DNA from: Candidatus Obscuribacterales bacterium
GTDB taxonomy: Bacteria > Cyanobacteriota > Vampirovibrionia > Obscuribacterales > Obscuribacteraceae
NCBI GenBank assembly: GCA_965228855.1
Contig: CBDDIJ010000003.1
Coordinates: forward strand, 1,024,001-1,088,000
DNA: 64,000 nucleotides
Direction of reading: 5' to 3'
Position 1 is the stretch's first letter. Each line of letters begins with the position of its first letter. The notes below the pieces were generated by a model. It was not told the DNA's origin and did not search any database. It saw only the letters and a program-made list of their open reading frames with translations. Made by a program: the position numbers and the translations under genes. Positions 1 through 9,722 of the stretch are shown piece after piece.

Positions 1-1448
1 ACCTGACGGTCGGAGAGACCTACTTCTTCAGAGATCCACTCAGCTTCAACCTGCTGTCGACTCGCGTGCTTCCAGAACTCTGTCAGACTGGTAGACCGAT
101 TAAAATCTGGAGCGCCGGCTGCGCCACAGGCGAAGAGCCTTACTCGATAGCAATTACCGCCCTGAGTGCGATGGCCGAATCGGATCGTGGCAACCTTGAA
201 ATTCTGGCTACTGATATCAATCCGCGCTATCTGGATATCGCCAAGACCGGCTTGTACAGACGCTGGTCATTTCGAGAAGTACCGTCTTTCATTAAAGACA
301 AATATTTTAAACTGACGGCCGACGACAGATATTGCCTTGAAGATAAGGTGAAACGGCTGGTTCGGTTCAACTATTTGAACCTTGCTTCGGACGCCTATCC
401 ATCAGCGTTGACCGGAACCGCCGACGTGGACGTGATTTTTTGCCGAAATGTGCTTATTTACTTCAGTCCTGAGCATGTGACCGAAGTTCTGAACCGTTTT
501 CACCACAGTTTGAAAGATGGCGGTTATCTGTTCCTGGCTCCAAGCGAAATCCCTCATCCGGCACCGGATAATTTCAAACTTTTAAACGTTGACGGTGCCA
601 TACTATTGCGCAAAGAGGGACCGAGCTCCGATCATAATCCGAACGTCGTTAGTATCGTTCAAAGCAACTTCGCTTACTTTGGCCAGACAACGACACCAAA
701 TATGAAGTCATTCGAGAGCCTGATCGATGTGAATGACGGTGCTAGAAAACCGGTCGTCAGCGGACCGGATAGCCTGTCGACTCAAGAAGCGGCGGCTCTG
801 CTTGCCTCGCTGCAGGCAGGACTCGATGAGAGCAATCGGGGCACGGCCTATGGTGTTTCAAGCATCAATAACGGTATCACTCATGTCTCGTCTCAGTTGG
901 ACGCTGACTCCGAGTTCTACTCATCAGACACCGTGATAACAGAGGAAGATCTGGAGGATGTCGTCCGGACTGCAACGAATCTCTACCATCAGGGAAAGTA
1001 CGCCGAAGCTATCGATCTTTTGCTGGAACTGCCGGTCAGTCACGATCCAAACTGCGAAGATGCCTTTTTACTTCTCGTCAAATCGTACGCAAATATCGGA
1101 AATCTTGATGCCGCAATGGATTGGAGTGAACGCTTGATTGGTTATGAGCCCATCAATGCTCGCTGGTATTATTTGCGTGCCACCATACAGCAGGAACTTG
1201 GTGAAGATGGTGCTGCCTCGATCTCGTTGCGACAGGCGATTTTCTTGGATCCTGATTTTGTCCTTGCCCATTTTTCGCTGGGAAACATCCACCGTCAATC
1301 CGGAGACCAATTGCTTGCCCGGCGTTGTTTTCAACGTGTTATCGAATTGCTTGGCACCGTAAATGGTGCGGTGGAAATTGAAGACTCCGATGGTTTGTTA
1401 GCCGGTCAATTAATGACCATCGTAAAAAGCTTAGTGGAAGGAGGATAG
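1..1448 (+). CDS. cheR: CheR-type methyltransferase with C-terminal TPR repeats (WspC-like), 5'-truncated by the window edge
   Basis: In-frame LTVGETYFFRD from nt 3; IWSAGCATGEEPYS, ATDIN and DVIFCRNVLIYF motifs; C-terminal TPRs (LRQAIFLDPDFVLAHFSLG). Confidence 0.93.
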   Translation, partial: LTVGETYFFRDPLSFNLLSTRVLPELCQTGRPIKIWSAGCATGEEPYSIAITALSAMAESDRGNLEILATDINPRYLDIAKTGLYRRWSFREVPSFIKDKYFKLTADDRYCLEDKVKRLVRFNYLNLASDAYPSALTGTADVDVIFCRNVLIYFSPEHVTEVLNRFHHSLKDGGYLFLAPSEIPHPAPDNFKLLNVDGAILLRKEGPSSDHNPNVVSIVQSNFAYFGQTTTPNMKSFESLIDVNDGARKPVVSGPDSLSTQEAAALLASLQAGLDESNRGTAYGVSSINNGITHVSSQLDADSEFYSSDTVITEEDLEDVVRTATNLYHQGKYAEAIDLLLELPVSHDPNCEDAFLLLVKSYANIGNLDAAMDWSERLIGYEPINARWYYLRATIQQELGEDGAASISLRQAIFLDPDFVLAHFSLGNIHRQSGDQLLARRCFQRVIELLGTVNGAVEIEDSDGLLAGQLMTIVKSLVEGG

Positions 1449-1451
1449 ACA

Positions 1452-2012
1452 GTGCCGGATGAGACAGGCGGCTCTGCGTCGCCGGAAACACAGGGACACT
1501 TAGAAGCGCAATTGAGAAGAAGCATTCTCAAGCGGCGCGCTGTAAAATTGGCGCGCCCACTGGAGAAGCCGGAAATACCGCCGGGACGGCAGTATGTGTC
1601 ATTCGTCCTTTCGCGTCAGTCATTCGCCTTTGATGTGCAGTATGTGGAGGAAGTATTCCAGATAAAGAGTGTCCTTCCGGTCCCTGGAACTCCGCCCTAC
1701 ATAGTTGGTATAGCCAGCCTGCGCGGTCCTCTTATTTCGATAATCGACTTGAGACATCTTTGTAATTTGCACGAAAAGGCTGTGATGGGCTCTGACAAAA
1801 CCTTGATTATACGCACCCCCTCGATGCGTGTGGGAGTGATGACCGACGAGGTGACCGGATTGGATTTCGTGCCCGATGATGATATTACCCGCGAATCCCC
1901 GATATTCTCGCACATCCCGCGGCGTTTTGTTGAAGGCATTACCCGCGATGGCACGATTATTTTGAACTGCACAAATCTGTTCACCATGGAAACGATGGAG
2001 GTCAGCGAGTAA
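1452..2012 (+). CDS. cheW: CheW adaptor protein
   Basis: VPGTPPYIVGIASLRGPLISIIDL CheW motif; lies between cheR and cheA. Confidence 0.92.
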   Translation: MPDETGGSASPETQGHLEAQLRRSILKRRAVKLARPLEKPEIPPGRQYVSFVLSRQSFAFDVQYVEEVFQIKSVLPVPGTPPYIVGIASLRGPLISIIDLRHLCNLHEKAVMGSDKTLIIRTPSMRVGVMTDEVTGLDFVPDDDITRESPIFSHIPRRFVEGITRDGTIILNCTNLFTMETMEVSE

Positions 2013-2015
2013 TTA

Positions 2016-4340
2016 ATGGATCCGGAGTTTTTAAAGAGACTGCAAGAAGCCTTCGTAGAAGAAGCTAATGAACAGATTCAGGTCATCCGTTCATGCTTAA
2101 TGATGCTGGAGCGCGAAGATAGCGATAAGAGCGCCGCTGTGGAATCGCTATTGCGAACTTTTCATAGCCTGAAGGGGTCATCGCGCGCGGTCAGCTTGCG
2201 GTCTGTTGAATCAACCTGCCAGTCCATCGAAAACACGCTGGTCAGCTACAAAGGTGAAGAATCCAAAATCGCCCGCTTTGTTATAGACCGCCTCCACGAA
2301 TGGACTGACGCACTTCAGCGAGTTGTCGAAAGCGTTGCTTCCGGCGAGTCATATACGGAAGGTGAACTTGAACGCGTCATCGCGGCACTTCCTGATCATG
2401 CGGTCATAGAAGCCACGATATCGTCGACTAGCCTTCCAGCACTCGGTGAAGACGGAGATACCGGTCAATACGTTCGATTGAGTTCGAGTGGTTCTGAAGA
2501 AACGGTTGGTGCATCCGGTATACATCGTACGGCGTCCATGGGCACAATAGGCTCCACCGTTCGCTTGAAAGTCGATAGAGTCGAAGATCTGGTGCACGGT
2601 ACCGAAGAACTCGTTTATGCCAAGCTCGTCTCCGACCAGCGCTACATTGATTGTGGTGAACTGCAGCTGATTCTCAATCAATGGGTCAGGCGCTGGCAGC
2701 GATTGAGACCGGAGGTTGAGAATGAAGTGCAGAGACGCAGCCTCTATGCTGTCGCCGGTCAATCAGCAACCAATTTCAATACAGCCGGTCTTCAGGAGTT
2801 TCTCGACCTTCACGACAGCTTTGTCGGGAAGCTTTCCGATCGTTTAAACACCCTCGAGAAGTCGGTTCTTTCTGATAGAAGAACGATTGGAACGCTGATT
2901 GATACTATTTTGGAACAGAGCCGCGAACTGACGATGATACCATTCTCGGTGCTTCAGGATTTGTTTCTGAAGATGGTTCGTGATATCGCCAAAGACGAAG
3001 GAAAGCGTATCTCTTTGAAGATTATTGGAGGTGCCGTTGAAATCGACAGGCACATCCTGGATGAATTGCGAGAGCCCCTGGTTCACCTGTTGAGAAACGC
3101 CGTCGATCATGGAGTTGAAACTCCACAGGAGAGGACCGCAGCAGGCAAGCCGCCCGAGGCTACGATAGAGATTCAGCTGTCGCAACCTCGCTCCGGAAAG
3201 GTCGAGATCGTTGTTCGTGACGATGGACGCGGAATTGATCCTGAGAAACTTAAACATAGCGCCGTCGAGAAAGGTATTCTGCCATTCGATCGTGCCAAAG
3301 AGCTCTCTTACCAGGAAGCTCTGGCATTGATTTTTCGCTCGTCATTCTCCACTCGTGGCACAGTCAGCGATATCTCCGGCAGAGGTCTGGGTTGCGCAAT
3401 TGTTAAAGACAAGCTCGAACAGATGGGCGGAACCGTTGAAATTAGTTCCAGAATTGGAAAAGAAACCAAATTTCGCCTTGCCGTTCCCGTTCGGCGTGCC
3501 ACTATGGTCGGTATCGCCGTCTCAGTCGGGGGACGTACGTTTGTAATACCTACAGCCTCAATTCGAGCAGCTGTGCGCGTTCGTGACCAGGAAGTCCGAA
3601 CCGTTGAGGGGCGGCAAGCGATGATTTTCCATGAACGATTGGTTCCTGTTGTCTCTCTTGCTGACGTTCTCCACATCGAGTCCAGCGTGCCTCTCGATGA
3701 TTGCACGATTCTTGTGGTAGGAAGTGACGATTATCCGATCGCACTCGTCGTCGAAGATATTTTTGGCGAGCAAGAAGTCGCTGTGAAAAACTTGCCAGCC
3801 CCATTGACTCAAGTTCGAAATATTGGCGGCGCAACTCTTCTCAAAAACGGTGATCTTGCCGTAGTGGTCAACATGAATGATGTTCTAACATCGGCAATTC
3901 TTGTGGGGTCAATGGCTCCAGCGCCGCAATTGACCTCTTCTTCGCGTGTCGAAGCAAAATCTCGACCGGCTGCGCAAAAGAAAATTCTGGTGGTTGAGGA
4001 TTCTATAACCTCTCGCGTTCTTTTGAAAAATATTCTGGAATCTGCTGGGTTTCAAGTCTCTCTGGCCAACGATGGACAGGACGGCTGGGAAAAAATCCAA
4101 CAGGAACCGAATTTCGATCTCGTAGTCAGTGATGTCGAAATGCCCCGTATGACCGGATTTGAACTGACAACCAAAATCAGAAAAGAATCAAAAGCAAAAG
4201 ACGTTCCAATTATCATCGTTACATCCCTCGCCTCACTGGAGGACCGGCGAAAGGGTGTGGAAGTGGGGGCAAACGCCTATTTCGTTAAAAGCAACTTTGA
4301 GAAGTCGAATCTTCTCGAAATGGTAAAAAGGCTGATCTGA
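2016..4340 (+). CDS. cheA: Hybrid CheA histidine kinase (Hpt-HATPase-CheW-REC; WspE-like)
   Basis: FHSLKG Hpt; HLLRNAVDHG, DDGRGID and SGRGLG boxes; CheW domain; C-terminal REC (VVEDS, SDVEMP). Confidence 0.95.
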   Translation: MDPEFLKRLQEAFVEEANEQIQVIRSCLMMLEREDSDKSAAVESLLRTFHSLKGSSRAVSLRSVESTCQSIENTLVSYKGEESKIARFVIDRLHEWTDALQRVVESVASGESYTEGELERVIAALPDHAVIEATISSTSLPALGEDGDTGQYVRLSSSGSEETVGASGIHRTASMGTIGSTVRLKVDRVEDLVHGTEELVYAKLVSDQRYIDCGELQLILNQWVRRWQRLRPEVENEVQRRSLYAVAGQSATNFNTAGLQEFLDLHDSFVGKLSDRLNTLEKSVLSDRRTIGTLIDTILEQSRELTMIPFSVLQDLFLKMVRDIAKDEGKRISLKIIGGAVEIDRHILDELREPLVHLLRNAVDHGVETPQERTAAGKPPEATIEIQLSQPRSGKVEIVVRDDGRGIDPEKLKHSAVEKGILPFDRAKELSYQEALALIFRSSFSTRGTVSDISGRGLGCAIVKDKLEQMGGTVEISSRIGKETKFRLAVPVRRATMVGIAVSVGGRTFVIPTASIRAAVRVRDQEVRTVEGRQAMIFHERLVPVVSLADVLHIESSVPLDDCTILVVGSDDYPIALVVEDIFGEQEVAVKNLPAPLTQVRNIGGATLLKNGDLAVVVNMNDVLTSAILVGSMAPAPQLTSSSRVEAKSRPAAQKKILVVEDSITSRVLLKNILESAGFQVSLANDGQDGWEKIQQEPNFDLVVSDVEMPRMTGFELTTKIRKESKAKDVPIIIVTSLASLEDRRKGVEVGANAYFVKSNFEKSNLLEMVKRLI

Positions 4341-4351
4341 GAAAACACTGA

Positions 4352-5434
4352 ATGTCGGAAACTGATATCAAAATCCTAATCATCGAGCCTGCCGACCAGG
4401 CTCAGCAGCAGCTTATTAAGATTTTGGAATCCGACGAGCATTTGCGCGTTCTGGGAATCGTTGAAAGTGCAGCCGATGCTCTTCGATTTATTTCTCGCAC
4501 GAAGCCTGATTTGATTACAGTTGACATTAGTTTGCCGGGCGCTGACGGACTTTCGTTCACTCGAGAAATAATGGAGACTAACCCGATTCCGATTGTGGTG
4601 ATTGGTTCTGCTGAAACAGACGAGGCGACACACGCGTTCGATATGCTTAAAGCGGGTGCTCTGGCTACCGTTGAAAAGCCGGTTGCAGGGCTCGATAGTG
4701 GAGACGACACCTCGCGTCGATTAATCGAAACTATCAAGACGATGGCGGAAATAAAGTTAGTCCGTCGAATCCGCCACCGGCAAGGCAAAGGCGTTCCATC
4801 ATCATTTCGTAATTCCGGGCAAACAGAAGAAGACTCCTCAAATTCGCCGCTCGAACTTGTAGCGATTGGCGCATCGACCGGCGGTCCCGGCGTAATTCAA
4901 CAGATCTTGAGGGGCCTTCCTAAGGACTTTCCATCCCCGATATTGATCGCTCAGCACATCGCTCCCGGTTTCACAGACGCGCTTGTACACTGGCTCTCCA
5001 GCACTACCGGATTCGATGTTCGAATTTGCGGTAACAACGATAAGTTGGAACCGTCGGTTGCGTACTTATGCCCGGAAGGTTTTCAAACCGGAATTTCAAA
5101 CAATTTACGAGTCAAGCTCGCTGAGGACGATTGTATGAATGGTGTGCGTCCTTCTGTGTCTTATCTGTTCGCGTCGATGTCAGAGATTGCCGGTAAACGT
5201 TTTGCTGCAATCCTATTGACGGGGATGGGACGTGATGGAGCCGAAGAACTCAAAATTCTTCGAGACTGCGGTTCGACCGTCACCATCGTGCAAGACGCGG
5301 AGACTTCTCTGGTTCACGGCATGCCGGGAGAAGCAATTAAGTTGGGCGCCGCTCAGCATGTGGTTTCACCTCAGAAAATCGTAGAGATACTTCTGGACCT
5401 GGCGTGCGCGAAGAGGAGGCAAAGTGGCGATTGA
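4352..5434 (+). CDS. cheB: CheB methylesterase with N-terminal receiver domain
   Basis: IGASTGGP, AQHI, RPSVS and LTGMGRDGA catalytic motifs; N-terminal REC. Confidence 0.94.
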   Translation: MSETDIKILIIEPADQAQQQLIKILESDEHLRVLGIVESAADALRFISRTKPDLITVDISLPGADGLSFTREIMETNPIPIVVIGSAETDEATHAFDMLKAGALATVEKPVAGLDSGDDTSRRLIETIKTMAEIKLVRRIRHRQGKGVPSSFRNSGQTEEDSSNSPLELVAIGASTGGPGVIQQILRGLPKDFPSPILIAQHIAPGFTDALVHWLSSTTGFDVRICGNNDKLEPSVAYLCPEGFQTGISNNLRVKLAEDDCMNGVRPSVSYLFASMSEIAGKRFAAILLTGMGRDGAEELKILRDCGSTVTIVQDAETSLVHGMPGEAIKLGAAQHVVSPQKIVEILLDLACAKRRQSGD

Positions 5435-5945
5435 AAACAAACAGATCTTGTTAGTGGAGGACACCCTGACTCAGGCAATGCTCTACCAACACATGCTTGA
5501 AAAGCGCGGCTTTCAAGTAAAGATCGCCCGGAGTGGAAAGCAGGCGCTGGAGCAGATTGAGAAAGAAAAGCCTAACGTTGTTTTAACCGACATCAATATG
5601 CCTGATATGAACGGCTTTGAGCTTTCTAACGCTATAAAAACTAGTGATACCACGCGCGATATCATCGTTGTTCTTTTGACCACGACCTTGTCGCCGCAAA
5701 CGATCTTTGATTGCATTAATTGTGGAGCTGACGAAATAAGTTTGAAAGGACTCAAAGAGGATGCGTTTCTTCAACTGATGAAGCAAAGCACGGAACGTCG
5801 GATTGAGTTTCAAGAACCAGCGGCTGACCTGCATGCCTGCGTCACTGAGGCTGACGTGAGTTCTGAAATAAAATCCAGCAATCGACAATCCCTGCGACTG
5901 TTGCTTTCGATGTACGACCTGCTGGTCAAAATCCAGGAAAATTGA
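5424..5945 (+). CDS. Response regulator (receiver domain with short C-terminal extension)
   Basis: LLVEDT, LTDINMPDMNGFEL; start overlaps cheB stop. Confidence 0.88.
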   Translation: MAIENKQILLVEDTLTQAMLYQHMLEKRGFQVKIARSGKQALEQIEKEKPNVVLTDINMPDMNGFELSNAIKTSDTTRDIIVVLLTTTLSPQTIFDCINCGADEISLKGLKEDAFLQLMKQSTERRIEFQEPAADLHACVTEADVSSEIKSSNRQSLRLLLSMYDLLVKIQEN

Positions 5946-6190
5946 CCGTCCAAAGTCGTCGGTGCTCTTCAAAATTCCGAAAAGAAAAAAGTGTCAGCCG
6001 CTCTTTTCAGGTTCTCAGTTTTGAGTGTCTTATAAGTTCTATCGGTAGAACCAGAAGGCTTCTCAGGTGTTACGCAAACGGCGTTTGAGGTTTCCTATTA
6101 AATTGACCGGGTACAAGATAAAAGGGAAATGACTGGTTTTACGTCCAAAGCTGGACGCAAGTTGGACCGCGAGGTAAAAAGAAGGCAAAT

Positions 6191-9100
6191 ATGAGTAACG
6201 AATGGAATTGGCACGTTAACAGCTTACAAACGCGCCTCAATGACCTTCAATCCACCATCGATTCAATAAAATCGTGCGTGGAGCGTCGGCCAGGTTTGGA
6301 TGCTGCAACACAGGCGATTGCTGCATTAATAGAGGCTTCCACCCAGTCCGAATATGCGCTTCAAGAATTTCCTACCGCTTTGAGTCAAATACTTTCCGAC
6401 CCGGCAATCGGGTCTTTGTTGATCGGACCTCAAGGCGAAATAGTCTTATACAACGCCACTGCCGAGCAGCTTCTCGGTCGCGACTACCTGGCAGAACGCA
6501 GCATGAGCAGTTTGCAGTTTTCTGCCGAAGATCGCTCCACACGTCTGTTGGCAGATGATTTGCCCTGGAACCGCGCGCTAAAAGGAGAATCACTTCCCGA
6601 TGTTCGCCTTCATTTGAGCCGTCCGACCAATCCGGACACATGGATTAATGTCTCGGCGACTCCATTCAGAAGTCCGGCTGGCGTGATCACGGGTGCGGTC
6701 GTATTTATTATCGACACCACTGAAGAGGTCCAACTTGAAGGCAGCATCAATACTTTGTGCAACACCATTCACGATCAGATCGCGCAGGTCGGCAGCACTC
6801 ATACTCAACTTCGCGATTTAGCAGACCGCCTTTCAAATGTTGGTATCCAGAGGATCCTTTCGGATGGCGCTCCGGCGCCTGGCCGACCAGAGGAGGACCC
6901 CACCAGAAAAAAGTCCGAACCTCGCCGTGACGCGGGTGTAATCCCGCCCGCGGCGAGGCAAGCATCGCTTCCTCAAGCAGCTAAAAACAAAAATCTAATT
7001 CCTCCGGTTCCCACATCGAAGTCTGTTGACAGCGAATCTGAGTCCCCCAGGTCGGATTCGACTTTGGATTCGAGCGCTTACAGCGCTGAGGAACTGGATC
7101 TCGGGCAGTCCGGTACATGGGCGCAAGTTCAGGAGAAGGCTGGAGTTGCTGATGCTGCCGACCTCGAGTCCGCAAATCGTGCTGATGTCCATATTCCAGA
7201 AGGCTCCAAGACGCTTGAAGTCGAGCGTGTTGAGATAGAGCCTGAGGCGACGGTCGCAGAACCAGACGAACAATTCCCAACCGAGCAGTCAATCGAGAAA
7301 CTGCAAGAAGTTTCGCTCACCGACGATCAGAATACCACCTCTGAATTCATCGATATGAGCGCTCACTTCAACGAGAACGAGCTGCTCAGCGAAGATTCCG
7401 GCGAAGTTGAAGCGCTCTCTAATGAAATGTCTGCTCATGAAGACGACGTCGCTGTCGCTGCAGCCGGAGAGGATGTTGCTGCTCTATCCGATGATAGCAA
7501 CGTAGAACCTGAGACTTTCGAGGGCTGGACTTCTGCGCCGGCCGCCGCTGAAGACCATGTCGATGGTAGCGCCGGCGAAGGCGATCAGGTAGCAGATTCT
7601 GCAAAATCTTTATTCGGTAAATTTGCCAACCTCACAAAAGACTCATACTCTGAAGCCAAGTTCGATGATAAAGAACCGGACCCTGCCCTCCCCTGGCCAG
7701 AGCTTGTTGATGCTCCTGATTACGGCGAGCCGCTGTGGGACGAGTATACTCAGTCGGAAGAGGAAGCTACCCCGTGGCAAAAAGATCGGGTAGGCGAAGA
7801 ATCTGCTTTTGCACTTCCTCCGGTAGAAGTCAATGTTGCTTCTGAGGAAGTCACTCATGCCGTTGATGAAGATGTTGAAGAGGTTGAAGAAGTATACTCG
7901 GATGCGGAATCACATGAGGCTCAGGAAATTGAATCGGAATACGCCGAGCCTGATCGTGCTGAAGAGCCCGTTGAGCAAGAGTATGTTCAAAACGAGGAAG
8001 CTCAAGAGCAATTCTCGTTTGCAGGAAACCCGCCGCAGGATGAGCCCACGCTAGCTGACGAAGATGCTGTCTTTGCCGATGCTGATCTGGACATGTCCGT
8101 GGAAGAACCGTATGTGGTGCCCGGCGACGATGAGAGCGTTCAAGAATCCGGCGAATTCGAACAAGCTGAACACGAAGTTGCTGCAGCCTTCGATGAGGTC
8201 GATTCTGAGGTCGCTGCCGATGACTTCAGTCCGGTAGAACCCGTTGCTGAAGCGGAAGAAGCAATTGAAGTGGTAATAGAAGAGGCTCCGTCTGCCAGTA
8301 CCGCCACTGATACCACCGACAAGCAGGATGCACTAGGCACTGGGAACAGACTATCAGCACTGAAGGATCGAAAACCCAGAGCAAGCGCTTCCTACAACAG
8401 ATTGAAGCCGCTCAGTGCTGCCGGCGAACTTGACGAGGATGAAGATGGTTTTCTCAATGAGGGGCTTGTCAAATTCTCTGCCGACGAACTGGCTCCGGTT
8501 GAAGAAGGGCCAAAGCGGGTTCTCGTTGTAGATGATATTCCCGTGAATCAGAAACTTCTTTTGTTGCACCTCAAGCGACTCGGATATGAAGCCGATGTGG
8601 CCAGCAACGGTCAAGAGGCCCTGGACATGTTGGCCGAAAAGGCTTATGAACTGATCCTTATGGATTGCGATATGCCGGTCATGAGCGGCTTTGAGGCGGC
8701 CAGCCGCATCCGCAGCAACGAGGCTTACTCACACAGACGCATTCCGATTATCGCTTTGACTTCGTATGATCGAGAGGGTGACAAAGAGAAGTGTATCGCT
8801 TCCGGAATGGATGACTACATCACTAAAGGCGCCAGTCAGAAGGAATTAAAAGATACCATTGAACGCTCAATAGTATCTGCGCGCATGAAAGATGAAACTC
8901 TCAGTACTGCTGAGTCGGAGGATGAAGCCGACGCTGCGCCGCTCGACATCACTGCGATGCTCAAACTTTACGGTCGCGAAGAGGTCGAAGAGATTAGCAG
9001 GCTGTTTTTGAGCAACATGGGAACTTATATTGAGTGCATGCAACTTGCAATCGATAATAAAGATGCAGATTCTGTCGCACATTTCGCGAATGCGGTAAAA

Positions 9101-9283
9101 GGTCCATGTGCAGCGCTCGGTATGCGTCTGATGACGAGGCTTACTTCAGACATCATTGCGTATGCGGAGTCACAAGACTGGACTCAGGTTCGTGTAAAAT
9201 ATATGCGCCTCAAAGCAGTCTTCGTGCAGACCAGAGAAGAACTTAAGAAAGTTTGCCCAGATGATTCTTTACTGACCACTTAA
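6191..9283 (+). CDS. Signalling protein: PAS + long acidic linker + REC + degenerate Hpt
   Basis: PAS-like YNATAEQLLG...WINVSATPFRSPAGVITGAV; REC VLVVDDIPVNQK...LMDCDMPVMSG...GMDDYITK; C-terminal Hpt-like helix AHFANAVKG. Confidence 0.85.
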   Translation: MSNEWNWHVNSLQTRLNDLQSTIDSIKSCVERRPGLDAATQAIAALIEASTQSEYALQEFPTALSQILSDPAIGSLLIGPQGEIVLYNATAEQLLGRDYLAERSMSSLQFSAEDRSTRLLADDLPWNRALKGESLPDVRLHLSRPTNPDTWINVSATPFRSPAGVITGAVVFIIDTTEEVQLEGSINTLCNTIHDQIAQVGSTHTQLRDLADRLSNVGIQRILSDGAPAPGRPEEDPTRKKSEPRRDAGVIPPAARQASLPQAAKNKNLIPPVPTSKSVDSESESPRSDSTLDSSAYSAEELDLGQSGTWAQVQEKAGVADAADLESANRADVHIPEGSKTLEVERVEIEPEATVAEPDEQFPTEQSIEKLQEVSLTDDQNTTSEFIDMSAHFNENELLSEDSGEVEALSNEMSAHEDDVAVAAAGEDVAALSDDSNVEPETFEGWTSAPAAAEDHVDGSAGEGDQVADSAKSLFGKFANLTKDSYSEAKFDDKEPDPALPWPELVDAPDYGEPLWDEYTQSEEEATPWQKDRVGEESAFALPPVEVNVASEEVTHAVDEDVEEVEEVYSDAESHEAQEIESEYAEPDRAEEPVEQEYVQNEEAQEQFSFAGNPPQDEPTLADEDAVFADADLDMSVEEPYVVPGDDESVQESGEFEQAEHEVAAAFDEVDSEVAADDFSPVEPVAEAEEAIEVVIEEAPSASTATDTTDKQDALGTGNRLSALKDRKPRASASYNRLKPLSAAGELDEDEDGFLNEGLVKFSADELAPVEEGPKRVLVVDDIPVNQKLLLLHLKRLGYEADVASNGQEALDMLAEKAYELILMDCDMPVMSGFEAASRIRSNEAYSHRRIPIIALTSYDREGDKEKCIASGMDDYITKGASQKELKDTIERSIVSARMKDETLSTAESEDEADAAPLDITAMLKLYGREEVEEISRLFLSNMGTYIECMQLAIDNKDADSVAHFANAVKGPCAALGMRLMTRLTSDIIAYAESQDWTQVRVKYMRLKAVFVQTREELKKVCPDDSLLTT

Positions 9284-9298
9284 GCTGCTGTCACGCTC

Positions 9299-9697
9299 AT
9301 GTTTCGTCTGGACAAAAAATTCGGGACTGCGGGAGTCTCTTCGCTCATGCAAGAAAATGCTTCTGAAGAAGTGGTAGGAATTAAGAACCTGGAAGCCGAG
9401 TTCGATGCTGACCTCGCAAAAGAACTTGCACAAGCTTTCCTTGATGATACTTCCGGTATATTGGAAAAACTAAAATCGGCCCTGGCAACATGCGATCAAG
9501 AAGCATTGCGCTCTTCTGCGCACATGCTCAAAGGTTGTTCGCGCGCGCTGCAGGCGCATCAATGCGAAAGAGCCAGCGCGCAGCTGGAAGATAACGCGCG
9601 CGATGGAAATTTCGATAGAGCGGCCGAATCGTTGCCACTAGTTGTGGTGGCATATGGCGATGCCGAAGCATTTTTGCGAAAATACCTCGAGTCTTGA
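9299..9697 (+). CDS. Stand-alone Hpt phosphotransfer protein (start may be ATG 9347)
   Basis: LRSSAHMLKGCS Hpt motif. Confidence 0.88.
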   Translation: MFRLDKKFGTAGVSSLMQENASEEVVGIKNLEAEFDADLAKELAQAFLDDTSGILEKLKSALATCDQEALRSSAHMLKGCSRALQAHQCERASAQLEDNARDGNFDRAAESLPLVVVAYGDAEAFLRKYLES

Positions 9698-9722
9698 TGC
9701 TTAAGCGAAATGGAAGGCTAGA

